Part shown: one piece after another, positions 37,854 to 49,199 of the stretch | How positions within the stretch are numbered: position 1 is the first letter of the stretch | Layout of the letters: each line of letters begins with the position of its first letter | Origin: Squalus acanthias | Lineage: Eukaryota | DNA length: 64,000 nt | Direction of reading: 5' to 3' | NCBI GenBank assembly: GCA_030390025.1 | Contig: CM059432.1 | Span: 96,846,001-96,910,000 of the forward strand | The notes under the pieces: model-generated | The model's database searches: none | Seen by the model: the letters and a program-made list of their open reading frames with translations, nothing else | Told to the model about the DNA's origin: nothing | Made by a program: the position numbers and the translations under genes

Positions 37854-40001
37854 ATGGAGAGGGTGAGAGAACGCGCTCATCGCTTCACCGAGCGGGCCTT
37901 GGATGCTCTGGTTGACGCAGTGGAGCGCAGACGATGCATGCTGTTCCCGGAGAGTGGTAGGAGGCCTTTGCCACGCGAGTTCAGAAGAGTGTGGAGGGAG
38001 GTGGCTCAGAGCGTCTCCTCCAGGAGCATGGTGCCCAGGACCCATGTTCAATGCCGCAAAAAGTTCAACGACCTCACTCGGGTCGTCAGGGTGAGTGGCT
38101 TTTTCTCAATACCTCTCCATCCCTCCATCTCAACCTCACTCTATGGCCAGAGGGTCTTAAAACCCCAATGCACAACACTCATCCAACACCTATGGCCCTT
38201 TCATCAAACACACACACACATTCTACACTTTGCATACAGTAAGGGCTATTCACCTATGGGAGGCACATCAGGCAAGACCATGGCTGCATACAGTAAGGGC
38301 TATTCACCTATGGGAGGCACATCAGGCAAGACCATGGCTGCATACAGTAAGGGCTATTCACCTATGGGAGGCACATCAGGCAAGACCATGGCTGTATATT
38401 GTAAGGGCTATTCATCTATGGGAGGCACATCAGGCAAGACCATGGCTGTATATTGTAAGGGCTATTCACCTATGGGAGGCACATCAGGCAAGACCATGGC
38501 TGTATATTGTAAGGGCTATTCACCTATGGGAGGCACATCAGGCAAGACCATGGCTGTATATTGTAAGGGCTATTCACCTATGGGAGGCACATCAGGCAAG
38601 ACCATGGCTGTATATTGTAAGGGCTATTCACCTATGGGAGGCACATCAGGCAAGACCATGGCTGTATATTTACTCAGATGCTGTCCTTTTTCTTGCAGGC
38701 TAAGCTGGCTCATAATCGGAGACAGCAGCAACGGACGGGTGGAGGGCGGCTTCAGCTGCAACCCCTCAGCGATCTGGAGGAGCGCGTCCACAGGATTGTG
38801 GCAAGCCGGGTGATCGGTCCCGTCGCCACTGGAGACGCCGACCCCGTTGTGGACAGCAATGGTAAGGTCATCACCTTTTTGTCCTCTGTCCTTCCACTTG
38901 TCCCTCACAATACCAGCCTTTGACACTTTCAATCCAACTTGCTAACTCGCTGCACTTATTCCTCCCTTACTGCCACCCTGTCCTCACGCTAAAGCCACTC
39001 TTGTACCTCCCTGCTTTCAGATGGTGATTCACCAGCTGAGGAGACGGGCCCTGAAGCTGCCACTGGGAGTGATGCTGCAGCTGAGGAGGAAGAGGAAGCC
39101 GGAGCATCAGTGCCACCCTCTCCCGAGGAAGCCCATGCCCACACTGGGAACACGCCTTCCCCGGAGGGGAGCAGGGGGGAAGGGGCTGATGATGGTGAAG
39201 CTCCAGGACCCAGCGGGTTGCAGCAACGCCATGGGGGGGGGGAGGGAAGAACGGGGGCCTTCTCCCCAGAGGGAGAGTATGCCAGACACTCCTACTGCAA
39301 TGGACGCAGAGGAGGAGCGGCTGATTGCAGAAATGAACAGCCAGGCGGTGGGCATGCACACTGAGCTCATGGGTGCAGTGGGAAGGGTGCCCGAATGCAT
39401 TGAGTCACTGGCAAGGAGTGTGGAGCACTTCGCTGTAGCACAGGCGGATGCCACACTAAAGCTTAGTGCTGCAATTCAGTCACTGGCTGCCAGGAACCCA
39501 TCTGAGACTGCTCTCATGCAGACTCAGATTGAGGCCACGCGAGCACTGACTGCTGCCATCCTCGATGGTTCGTGCACATGTCCCCGGGGCTGTCACCGCG
39601 CTGCAGCAGGCCAGCAATCTGTTCTCCGGCAAATTGCTCCGGATGCTGAAGTGCTGCCCCGTGGGAGTGCCAGTGTGTCGGGCGAGCAGGGAGTTGCTGT
39701 CCTCTCTCACGATGACAGCATTCCTGCTGCCAACACTGTCACTTCTCCACTGCACTTGCCACCGCCTGTAGGACAGACTGCTGCCGCCCATGCAGAGTTG
39801 GTGCAGTCTGCAGCCGGGCCCTCCAGGCCCAGAAGTGGTCGAGGCCGTCCTTCAGGGGCATCTGCAGTGTCAGGGTCTGACGAGCAGCAGCCTTCCACCA
39901 GCCTTGCTGCAGCCACTGAGGTCCCATTACGGAGGAGCAGTAGGGTTAGAAGGGGGGAAGTGCGCAAGGGAAGGAGATCACCCTCGAAGGGCAAAAAGTA
40001 G
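37854..40001 (+). CDS. Harbinger Myb/SANT-like DNA-binding protein; exons 37854-38090, 38699-38861, 39021-40001; one frameshift at G10 (39233-39242)
   Basis: RAHRFTERALDALV..W..VA..RTHVQCRKKFNDLTR trihelix motif; GTGAGT and GTAAGG donors, TTGCAG and TTTCAG acceptors with compatible phases; the same exon layout recurs in three other elements here. Confidence 0.85.
38231..38670 (+). repeat. Minisatellite, 8 x 54 bp, in Myb intron 1
   Basis: Unit TG(C/T)ATA(CA/TT)GTAAGGGCTATTCACCTATGGGAGGCACATCAGGCAAGACCATGGC; 3 copies of one variant, then 5 of the other. Confidence 0.98.
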
Positions 40002-40295
40002 GAGGTGTGCCAAAATGCTGGTCATTTTTTTATTAAAGGCCGAGGTTCATGGTCCAACTTTTGTTTAGTGTTTTGGACATTATCTCCAGGTTGTGAGAAC
40101 CAGTTATGTTATTGACTGTTTTTTTGTGTTTATTTCTATGAGTTTGTCATGAGGAATTGACACACACAGAGTTTGTAAAATAAATAAGTTTCTGTATTCA
40201 AAATATACATGGCTGGTGGTTGGAATTATTGGTGCCTTGGCCGGCTTAGGGGTTGCGTGCTGGGTTGATTAGTGTTTGTAGCAATGGCAGGGGCC

Positions 40296-41456
40296 CTAGA
40301 AGCGGCTTGCTATTAGTCGTTGACGGACAGCCCTTGCAGTTTGACCATTGTGGGCCGCCCTCCTGCCTTGGTGCTGCTGCTGATCATCGTCCTCGTCCTC
40401 TTCCTCCTCCTCCTCCTCCTCCTCTGGTGGTGCTACAAGGCCTGGTGGCATTGGCTGGGTCCTGAGGATTGCCATGTTGTGCAACATGCAGCACACGACT
40501 ACGAAGTTCGAAACTTGCTCAGGCGAGTACTGCAGGGCTCCTCCGGAATGGTCCAGACAGCGGAACCGTTGTTTCAGCACGCCGATTGTGCACTCAATAA
40601 TGTTCCTGGTTGCTTGATGGCTTTCATTGTACCGCAGCTCAGCAGGGGTGTTTGGCGTACGGAGCGGTGTCATCAGCCAGGTGCTCAATGCGTACCCCTT
40701 GTCCCCCAGAAGCCAACCAACTGGCTGATGCGGTGCCTCGAAAACTTCTGCCACAGTAGTCTGGCGCAGGATGAAAGCATCGTGGCAGCTGCCCGGATAG
40801 TGGGCATTGACAGCGAGTATCACCTGTCTGTGGTCACAGACCAACTGCACATTCAAGGAATGGAACCCCTTTCTGTTCCTGAATTCCTCTGCATTCTCTC
40901 GCGGAGCACGCAAAGCCACATGCGTGCAGTCAATGGCGCCCTGCACCATGGGGAAGCCCGCTACCCTCGCAAAGCCCAGAGCACGGTCACGCTGCTTGTC
41001 TGGGGTCATAGGGAAAGAGATGAAGTCTCGTCTCCTTCTGAAGAGGGCATTGGTGACCTGCCGGATGCAGCGATGCACCGCAAACTGGGAGATATTGGCG
41101 AGGTCCCCAACAGCAGCTTGGAATGAGCCAGTGGCGTAGAAGTTCAAAGCCACTGTGACCTTCACTGCCACCGACAGAGACGTCCTGGACCTCAGCTGAG
41201 GCTGCAGATCTGGCTGCAGCAGGTGGCAGAGCTCAGTGACCACCTCCTTGCTGAATCGCTGCCTTCGCAAACACAGCTCCTCGGACATATGGATGTAGGA
41301 GAGCTGTTCACGATATACCCTGGGAGGGTAAGCTCTCCTGTACATGCGCCTGATGGCCCTCCTCCGTCTGGCCATCATTGCCACTCTCTGTCTGCGTCTC
41401 ACTATCCTCCGATTCAGCTGGAGCAGGACGACGCCCCCAATCATTGCAGCCCCCAT
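40296..41456 (-). CDS. Harbinger (HARBI1-like) DDE transposase, 386 aa, intact
   Basis: Uninterrupted ORF from ATG 41456; catalytic motifs GAIDCTH, LLGDKGY and RNIIE, plus [27 protein letters not shown] and CCMLHN. Confidence 0.95.
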   Translation of the reverse strand: MGAAMIGGVVLLQLNRRIVRRRQRVAMMARRRRAIRRMYRRAYPPRVYREQLSYIHMSEELCLRRQRFSKEVVTELCHLLQPDLQPQLRSRTSLSVAVKVTVALNFYATGSFQAAVGDLANISQFAVHRCIRQVTNALFRRRRDFISFPMTPDKQRDRALGFARVAGFPMVQGAIDCTHVALRAPRENAEEFRNRKGFHSLNVQLVCDHRQVILAVNAHYPGSCHDAFILRQTTVAEVFEAPHQPVGWLLGDKGYALSTWLMTPLRTPNTPAELRYNESHQATRNIIECTIGVLKQRFRCLDHSGGALQYSPEQVSNFVVVCCMLHNMAILRTQPMPPGLVAPPEEEEEEEEEDEDDDQQQHQGRRAAHNGQTARAVRQRLIASRF

Positions 41457-43046
41457 ATTCTCTTTGCGAGAAAAGTAATGAGGTACAGCAACTAAAGTAG
41501 CAACAAAGTTAGGATGAACTAGCAAAACTACCTCACAAAGCGTTGAGTCAATGTAGAAGTCTCTCTCTCTCTCTCTCCGAATCTCTCTCTCTCTCTCAGA
41601 ACGAGTGGTGCATAAATGTCGACCACAGAAAAAGACAGGAAGAGGCCCCCTTTAAATAGCGCCCCCCCCAGCCCCACACCGATTGATAACGTTCCAGTCT
41701 TCCGGTCGTTGGAAGTGCCAGGTGGTAAGGCAGGGGGCGCCACTCAATTTCCTCTCCGGGGCGCCCCAAGGGCGTTGCACCATGGAATGACGTCACAATC
41801 TGCGCGCGCAGGTGGTCGCAGCGGTAAGTTTTAGCGCCGCCGCACAATCTCAAGTTAAGTTCTCGAGCGGCGCAAACAGCACTGCGCCCGGGCGTTAGCG
41901 GCTTAACGCCCCATTAGCGCCCTCTTAAGGCGCTAACGGGAGGCGCAACCAAGTGAATTTTTACCCCAAAGTGTTGAAAATAAAGATTTCAATGTTTGAC
42001 AGCACATTAACAGAAACTTCACATGAACATTGGCTAAAACACCCAAGTACCTACCCTTGTGTGTTAGTTGGTATGATTGGACTAGGATGAAGGTGAGTGT
42101 GAGGGGTGGCTAGTGAGATGGGGAAGTGATAATGTAGATAGAGAGGGATGAGTGGAGGTGCAAGGTAAGTTGGTGTGAGTAAGGATGTGCAGGAGTGGGG
42201 TAGGGAAGGCAGAGTGGTGGGGATATGATGAGTGACACAGCAGGATGAGGTTGAGTGCGGCTTTGCAGTAACGTTTCCTGATCTACTGTGATCATTGAAA
42301 GGTTTGCGCCACTGCAGCCTGGTCGTCCTGACGACATTCCTGCTTGTGTCCTCCTGTGCAATGTGTAACCAGGCTGCGCTGGTCTCCTGGGGAGGTGTCT
42401 TCCACCCATTGGACGGGAAGAGAACCTCCCTGCGTGCTGTGACTTCCTCCATAAGCAAATGGAGGGAGTCATGGGAGAGCTTGGGTGCAGCTGTGCACCT
42501 CTGTGCAGTGCTTGTCAGTGTTTGCAGCACCTCAATGCTGTAGAACGCTGACAGCACAAATGTCAAAGTAAATTTGCGCATGGTCCCTTTAAGGAAGCTG
42601 GCTGATGATGTGTCATCAAATGACGTCATCAGACCCGCTTCTTTTATTGGACCGGGAATCATGCTGGGCGGGCTTAACAAGCCCCATTACAGCAAAATCC
42701 TTTCTTGCAGTGGGATGAAGGCAGCAACGGGTGCGCAGACCGCCACCGACCTCGCCTGCCACGGACCCGCCCAGGCAGGGGAAATCGCGACCCTAGTCTC
42801 CTCGTTTCTATGAGGTAGATTTTCATCTTCACTGTGTAGGTGATAATCTGTATCTGAAGTTTTAGACCAAACAGTGACTGACCTTATCAAAAGAAAAAAA
42901 TAGGTGTAATACATTTTCAGAAGTCAGGTCAGTTAATAGCACTCTGAATTTTCCCCACAAACACTTGCTGCTGACTGAAGATATCACTTATCTGCCAGTA
43001 GTAATTGATTCCTAAATTGGGGCACAACCTATTGTTGGAACACATG

Positions 43047-46000
43047 GGGGGAGAAATTAATTGTAGCCCAGGAATGGGTGGTAACTTCAGAAAAGTTTGA
43101 GATTGGCGCTAATGAATCACGCTATACTCAAAATGAACTCTCATCGCTCAAAGAAAGGATGGGAGTGCTAAATCAAGGACTAATGGCCTAGCTCATGGTG
43201 CTACACTGAAAGCGCTAACCAATATCAGGTGCAGTCTAATCGTAAGTCATCATTGCCACAGGCTCTTTGCAGTTCTTAAAGGGGAGGTTCATTCGTGCTG
43301 CAGAACCTCATTTTCAGCATTGCTGGCTGTGAACCTGTGTGAGCAAACATAAGCAGGCCAAGACCAAGGAGCCGGACCACTCAAGCAGGTGTCATGATAG
43401 CAGATCCACGCCCCAGGGAGAGAGCCTGCAGATTTTCAGACCAAGCATTGGAGGAGTTGATGTCCGCTGTGGAGAGACGGAGGGTGGTGCTCTACCCGGC
43501 AAGTGGCAGGGGGCACTCGCTGCAAGTCTTCCGCGCCATGCGAAGGGAGGTAGCGCAGCACGTCTCGGGCAGCACTGTGGTCTCTAGGACCCACACACTG
43601 TGCAGGAAGCAATTTAACGACCTCACTCGGGTGGTCAGGGTGAGTCAAAGCTTCAACAAATGCTACATACCACCATCTGAACCTCAGTCTGCACACACTG
43701 GCCAAAGCACCACACCCCCAGTACTCACCCACCAACAATCTCCACCTACCAACACTCACACCCACATCTCACACCTTGCACACAATTACAGCTATTCAAC
43801 TATGGCAGGCACATCACCCAAACACATTGCTCCACACTCACACACTTTTCTTTCTCTTGCAGGCCAAGGTCGCTCACAGCAGGTGGGAGCAGGAGTGCAC
43901 AGGCGGGGGACAAGCCGACACCCAACCACTGTCTGCGCTGGAAAATAGAGTGCTGGAGATTATTGGGTACCAGTTGGTGGACGCCGTGGCCAATGGCGAT
44001 GTTGACCCCCTTGGTCTGTTCATCCCTACTCCTTCTTCTCACATCCCACTTCCCCCTCACCCCACAAGCCTTTCACACTTTCCAGCTAATCATGCTATAT
44101 GCAAGCATTTCTCCCTTCCTGCCCCCCTCCCCTCACCTTAACCCAACTCTCGTGCGTTTATGCTTTCAGATAATGAGCAAGCACCTGAGCAGCCTGTCCC
44201 TGAGGGCACCGTAGAGAGCGAGGCGGGAGAAGAGGAGGAGGAAGAACACACCGCGTCACTGCATGTCTCACCCGCAGGCACCAGCTCAGATACTGGCACT
44301 ACAATAATATAGTAGCGGGATCTGCACAGGGTGATGCACCGGGAATGATAAGGCTGCAGCAAGGCCAGGGGGAAAGGGTAGCTCGGGGGCCAGCTCCCCG
44401 GAGGGCGGGTTCGCGCATGAGTTCTGCTGTACAGGACTCAGATGAGGACCTCAATGGGGAGGCCTTTAGAAGAAGGGTGATGGGCATGCACACACATATG
44501 ATAGATGCAATGGCAAGGGTGCCCAAGAGCCTCTCAGCAATGATAAGGAGCATGGAGGAGTCTGCCTCCAACATTTCACAAGGCTCTGTGCACAAAATGG
44601 AGCCCATCATTTGCAGTCTGCAAAGGATGGTCGACTCCCAGAGAGACTGTGGCGACCCAGACCTGATGCCACGTGTGATAGGCAAAGGCACAGTAATGAG
44701 GGGCACTAAGGGATTGCACAAGGTTGAATAGTTAATATTGTTGTTGTAAATATGTGTTAACTGATTATTGATAAATTTATTAATTCAGTTTGGATTATTT
44801 TGTGTCTCATTTCAGCTTTGTGCTGTGAAATGGCCTGTGACAGGGATGGAATGATGGGGATGTGGTGAGCAACGGGGATCTGGGATTTAATTTATTGAAA
44901 CCGCAGTCTGATGAGGCAGGCATAAAGCCGATTGAGTGGCTGCCTCCTCCCTTGCTCCTGTTCCTCGTTCTCGTCCTCCTCTTTCTCTTCCTGAGGTGGA
45001 CCCACAATCCCTGGTGGCAAGGGCTGGGACCTTATGATGGCCAAATTGTGGAGCTTGTAGCAGACGACAACGAAATGGGACACCTGCTCAGCCAAGTACT
45101 GGAGGGCTCCTCCCGAGTGGTCAAGGCAGCGGAACCATTGCTTGAGCACACTGATGGTCTGCTTGATGACGTTCCTGGTGGCAGCATGGCTCTCCTTATA
45201 TGAGTGCTGGGCAGGAGTGTTGGGGTTGCGGAGGGGAGTCATGAGCCAGGTGGACAGTGGACAGCCCTTGTCTCCAATCAGCCAGTCGCGAGCTTGATGT
45301 GTTGGCTGGAAGAGTGCTGGCACACCGGTCTGGCGCAAGATGAAGGCATCGTGGCTGCTGCCAGGATAGCGGGCATTCACATTGAGAATTCGCTGTCCGT
45401 GGTCGCATACCAACTGCACATTAAGTGAGTGGTAGCCTTTGTGGTTACAGAGATCTCAGGATTGTTATGCGGTGCCCGCAAAGTCACGTGGGTGCAGTCA
45501 ATGGCGCCCTGCACCATGGGGAATCCCGCTATCCTGGCAAAGCCAAATGCACGTTCGTCCTGCTTCTCTCTGGTGATGGGGAAGGAAATGTAGTCCCTTC
45601 TCCTACTGTAGAGAGCCTCTGTGACCTCCCGTATGCAGCGATGGATGGCGAACTGTGAGATGCTAGCTATGTCTCCTGTTGCAGACTGGAAGGATCCGCT
45701 GGCGAAGAAATTGAGGGCAACGGTGACCTTGACTGCCACTGGGAGACCCGTGGTCGTCTTGATCTGAGGCTGGAGGTCTGGTTACAGGAGGTGGCAGAGT
45801 TCTGTGACCACCTCCTTGGTGAAGTGGAGCCTTCTAATACACTGCTCGTCGCTTAATTGAAGGTAGGAGAAGTGCTGTCGGAATAACCTCAAAGGGTAAG
45901 GCCTCCTGTTGACATCCCTCATGTCCCTCCTCCTCCCTCTGGCCACACGTTCCAATCTTTCTCGCTGCCTGCGCTCCCTCCGCTGTAGATCCTGGAGGGC

Positions 46001-46512
46001 GAGGTCAACTGCCAGTACAGTGTCCATTAATGTAACCAAGTGTAGCAATTTGATATGTTATGAGAATAAACATAACTCATTTTTAGTAGCCACGACACTC
46101 TGGAGACTAAACAACTGATGACTGATTTAAACTGTTACACAATGTCAATCTGACAAGGAAGCAGTGAAACAGCACTAACCTGACAGCTGCGACTCATTAC
46201 TCATGATCCCTTTAAGTAACGTCCCTGGAGCCGGCTACCGACTGCTTCATGCCTCCTCTCTCTGTCGCTGTCGGGGCGAGGCGCTAAAGCAAGGGGCGAT
46301 AATCAATTTCGCAGATTGTGTGCCCAGTGAGCGTTGCACGATCTGACTGGCGCTGAATTCCCCGGCGCTAACTCATAGCGGCGGTGCTACAGGGGTGCCG
46401 GATTTTGCATGCATCACTGGATTCGTCTTGCCGCGGCGCTACTGCCTCAGCGCCCCGTTAGCGCCCCCGCCAGGCGCTAACTGGAGGTGCTTAGGTACAG
46501 AATTTCTCCCCC
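43047..46512. mobile_element. Full-structure Harbinger of another family (Myb + at 43394-44730, transposase -); both genes disrupted
   Basis: TIRs GGGGGAGAAATT / AATTTCTCCCCC; RACRFSDQALEEL..CRKQFNDLTR Myb motif. Confidence 0.93.
44892..46048 (-). pseudogene. Harbinger transposase pseudogene (three consecutive frames)
   Basis: ORFs 45782-46048, 45377-45739 and 44892-45419 carry successive motifs including GAIDCTH, LIGDKG and FRCLD. Confidence 0.92.
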
Positions 46513-47290
46513 TTTGAGTTAAATGCAGTAACCTGTGAAATACAACACAGTTAAAAGCCAAGGTGAAACTTATAAAATAGTTCACCGTTTTAGGCAACTG
46601 AAGTAACAAGTGAAGTAAGTTTGCATGTTAGATTTTTCTCACTTGTTAAGATGAGGCTGTTAACACATCCTGAGAATCTGGTCTGTGCTTTGGGATGATT
46701 AATGGGTGATTAATGATCCAGGATAGATGTCAGAAAGAGTTCAATACAGAGCACTACAACTATAAAATATATATTTATAAGCAATGAAGCTTGTTCGCCA
46801 GTTTCAATAGAAATGTTATTGCCATCGTAAATAAATGTTAGAAGTTTGCTTGTGGATTAAACTTAATTTGAACAGAAGATCCCACTCTTGTCTGACTTGC
46901 TTTACATAGAATTACATAGAAATTACAGCACAGAAACAGGCCATTCAGCCCAACTGGTGTTTATGCTCCACACAAGCTTCCTCCCATCTTACTTACATAG
47001 TTCTTACAATTGTTCCACAAGGCATGCATGAAAAACAGTGGATGTATTTCTGAATTCCTAAGTAAAGAATAATAACAAATAGGTCAAATGCTACTTTGTG
47101 GCCAACACTGATTTGGCTCACTGAAGCTTTGTAGACTTACCAATCCTGTCTATATAATAAAGAGGGACAATATTTTTCTAAGTATTAAAGGAAGTTAAAC
47201 ATGGGACCAATAATGCTATTTTGAGCATCCTTACTGCTATAGCACTTCAAATATTACTCAGCGCCTGGTGAACATCACACATGACAAGGT

Positions 47291-47951
47291 GGGGGATTTT
47301 GAACTGCCTGCCACTTGCAAAACAGGCGACCAGCAGAGAAAAATCTGGCGGGGAACTTGTACATCCATTTGCCTGATTGATCCAATTTTCAGGCAGGCCT
47401 TTAAATGGGTGGCCAGCACTCCCGGCCAAAACAGGCGGGAGGCTGTTTAAATATACAAACTTGGGTCCTACGACAATTGTAGGACCCTGATTGCAATTTT
47501 CTTGGAGAAATACATGTGAAGCGCCTGTAAGCCCTACTTTATCCATCTGTCGATAGACCTAACCAGTTGTCCTTAAAGGGACCTCTAGAGACCGCTCTGA
47601 AACTGTAAGCTGTTGTTATTTTTATAAGATTCTTGTTGGGCCTGGATGAACATTCTACTCCTGCCCCACAAAAATCTTCAAACCTACTGCTGGCCTGTTC
47701 TTGCCCCTGCTCCATGGGATTCCCCCCTGCTGCCCTAACAGGCCATTCCTACCGGCTAGTTCTGTGCAGAAGCTAGGCAAATGTCTGCATCACCAAACCA
47801 GTGAGCCGCAGCAGAGTGCCCGTTTGGCACCCGCTAGCTTGTCGAAAAATTCAGGATGCCCGAAGCTGAAAATGGTCTGGGCCTCCCGACTGTGGCCTTG
47901 GGTAGTCCTCCCGATATCGCACCAGTTTAGGGCCTGATGTGAATATTTCCC
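47291..47951. mobile_element. Probable Harbinger-type MITE, degraded
   Basis: GC-richer block starting GGGGGATTTT and ending AATATTTCCC, with GGCGGG and CTTAAAGGG motifs like the other MITEs. Confidence 0.5.
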
Positions 47952-49199
47952 TGCATGTAATTTAGTACAGGGTCTCACAATGGGGCAGATTTCAAATTTC
48001 ACCACATGGAAACCTCCCTTTTTAATTGAAATATATGCGACCAGGTGCTCAGCGGAGCAGGCTCCTTGTGAATGTGTCGCCATATAGCACACGGGCATGC
48101 GTATGATGACACAGCGTGCTTGGTGTTTTTAATTTGCCACATTTAGTGGAACTCAGGGAAATGGCTTTTCCTGAAAAAGGAAGGGCTGCCAGTGGATTTG
48201 CTAAGTGCGTGAGTAGTTCTCTATTGTCTTTCTGCAATGCAGTTGCTGCACTAGGACTGCACTTTTGGCCCCTGTAGGACATAAAAGGTAATCATGTAGT
48301 GTAATATCAAAATAAATGCTAGAATGAGATATTACATGCATTATTAATATAAATAATGGTTTACTGCTGTTTGGGGTCATGGTTTACTGCTGTTTGGGGC
48401 CAGTTACACAATATCTCATCAACAATACGTTAGTGTTATACTGACTAGACACTACCTAATTACAATCAGCTTTGTAGGAGTCACATGGGATTTCAAGCTA
48501 GCACTGCACTTCTTAAAGTAGAAAAAAGCTGGAGATAAATTAAACCAAGTCATTGAAACGCAGAGCAATCAATCAAAATAAGCCCACTCTTTTCCAAGGT
48601 GGTCCCAAAGGACAACTGTGCCTGAGGCTCTCCCAGAAGATATAACCTTCACTCAGATCAAAGCTGGGATCCTGCTACTGATCTTTCAAAGATATAGTAA
48701 AGGTTGACAGTATCAATCTGGAAATGTTTGGTTCAATTTGTTTGTGCTGGCAAGTGGTTTTTACTCAAGAGATCTATTATTACTTATGTCATCAAGGAGA
48801 AGGATTATTTGTGTGTAAATCCTTGATTTATGATCATTATCAATATGTGGGAAAAGTAAAATGCCAGTAATTTGTACCAAAGTTGATAAAAGGCTACTTA
48901 TCAACCAACAAAAAAAAATAAAGTCAAGTAATACCCATCTGCGATATAAAAAGTGACGTTTCTGAACTTTACCTCATTCCGTAATGACTATTTCATTACA
49001 TTTTAACATATTGCTTAATTCCAACTGAAGTTTTTCAAAAAAATTATGATTGTTTGAAAAAATCTTTACAATAAAACATACTTTATTTGTTTAGAAGAGA
49101 AAGTATCTGTGTGGGGGGGTGGGGGCATGGGAGTTGAGGGATGCTACTGTGAATTTATAGCATTTCCTCAGCTTTGGAAGATGAATTAGAGAAATACTT

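Larger units (their letters stand above)
37496..41967. mobile_element. Young, near-intact autonomous PIF/Harbinger transposon (4.47 kb)
   Basis: Ends TGGGTAGAAATT / AATTTTTACCCC; AAA at 37493-37495 and 41968-41970; convergent Myb and transposase genes; CpG-rich. Confidence 0.95.
36537..42793. mobile_element. Degraded Harbinger (probable transposase 5' remnant +, Myb exon 1 remnant -), host of the 37496-41967 element
   Basis: Ends GGGGGAATTTTCC / AAATCGCGACCC with TAG on both sides. 42270-42500 minus encodes APKLSHDSLHLLMEEVTARREVLFP..QWRKPFND. Organisation resembles 52825-54991. Confidence 0.82.

Noticed and set aside
38231..38670. CRISPR-like or guide-RNA array
   Set aside because: Units are contiguous and near-identical with no unique spacers; no cas-like ORF; eukaryotic context.
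39021..40001. Stand-alone 326-aa protein
   Set aside because: Its ATG sits at a splice acceptor and the first ~70 codons are the wrong frame of Myb exon 3.
40320..41126. 268-aa plus-strand ORF
   Set aside because: Antisense shadow of the GC-rich transposase CDS with no recognisable motif.
40296..41456. Domesticated host gene HARBI1 (or NAIF1/MSANTD for the Myb gene)
   Set aside because: Flanked by TIRs and a TSD, nested in another transposon, with several paralogous decayed copies nearby.
42797..42914. Acceptor-like T-tract followed by an open frame on the minus strand
   Set aside because: The frame stops soon after rejoining the 36533 flank; no recognisable protein.
48356..48401. 23-bp direct duplication; also short hairpins near 48872 and 56072
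   Set aside because: Short, isolated and expected from slippage or chance in AT-rich DNA.
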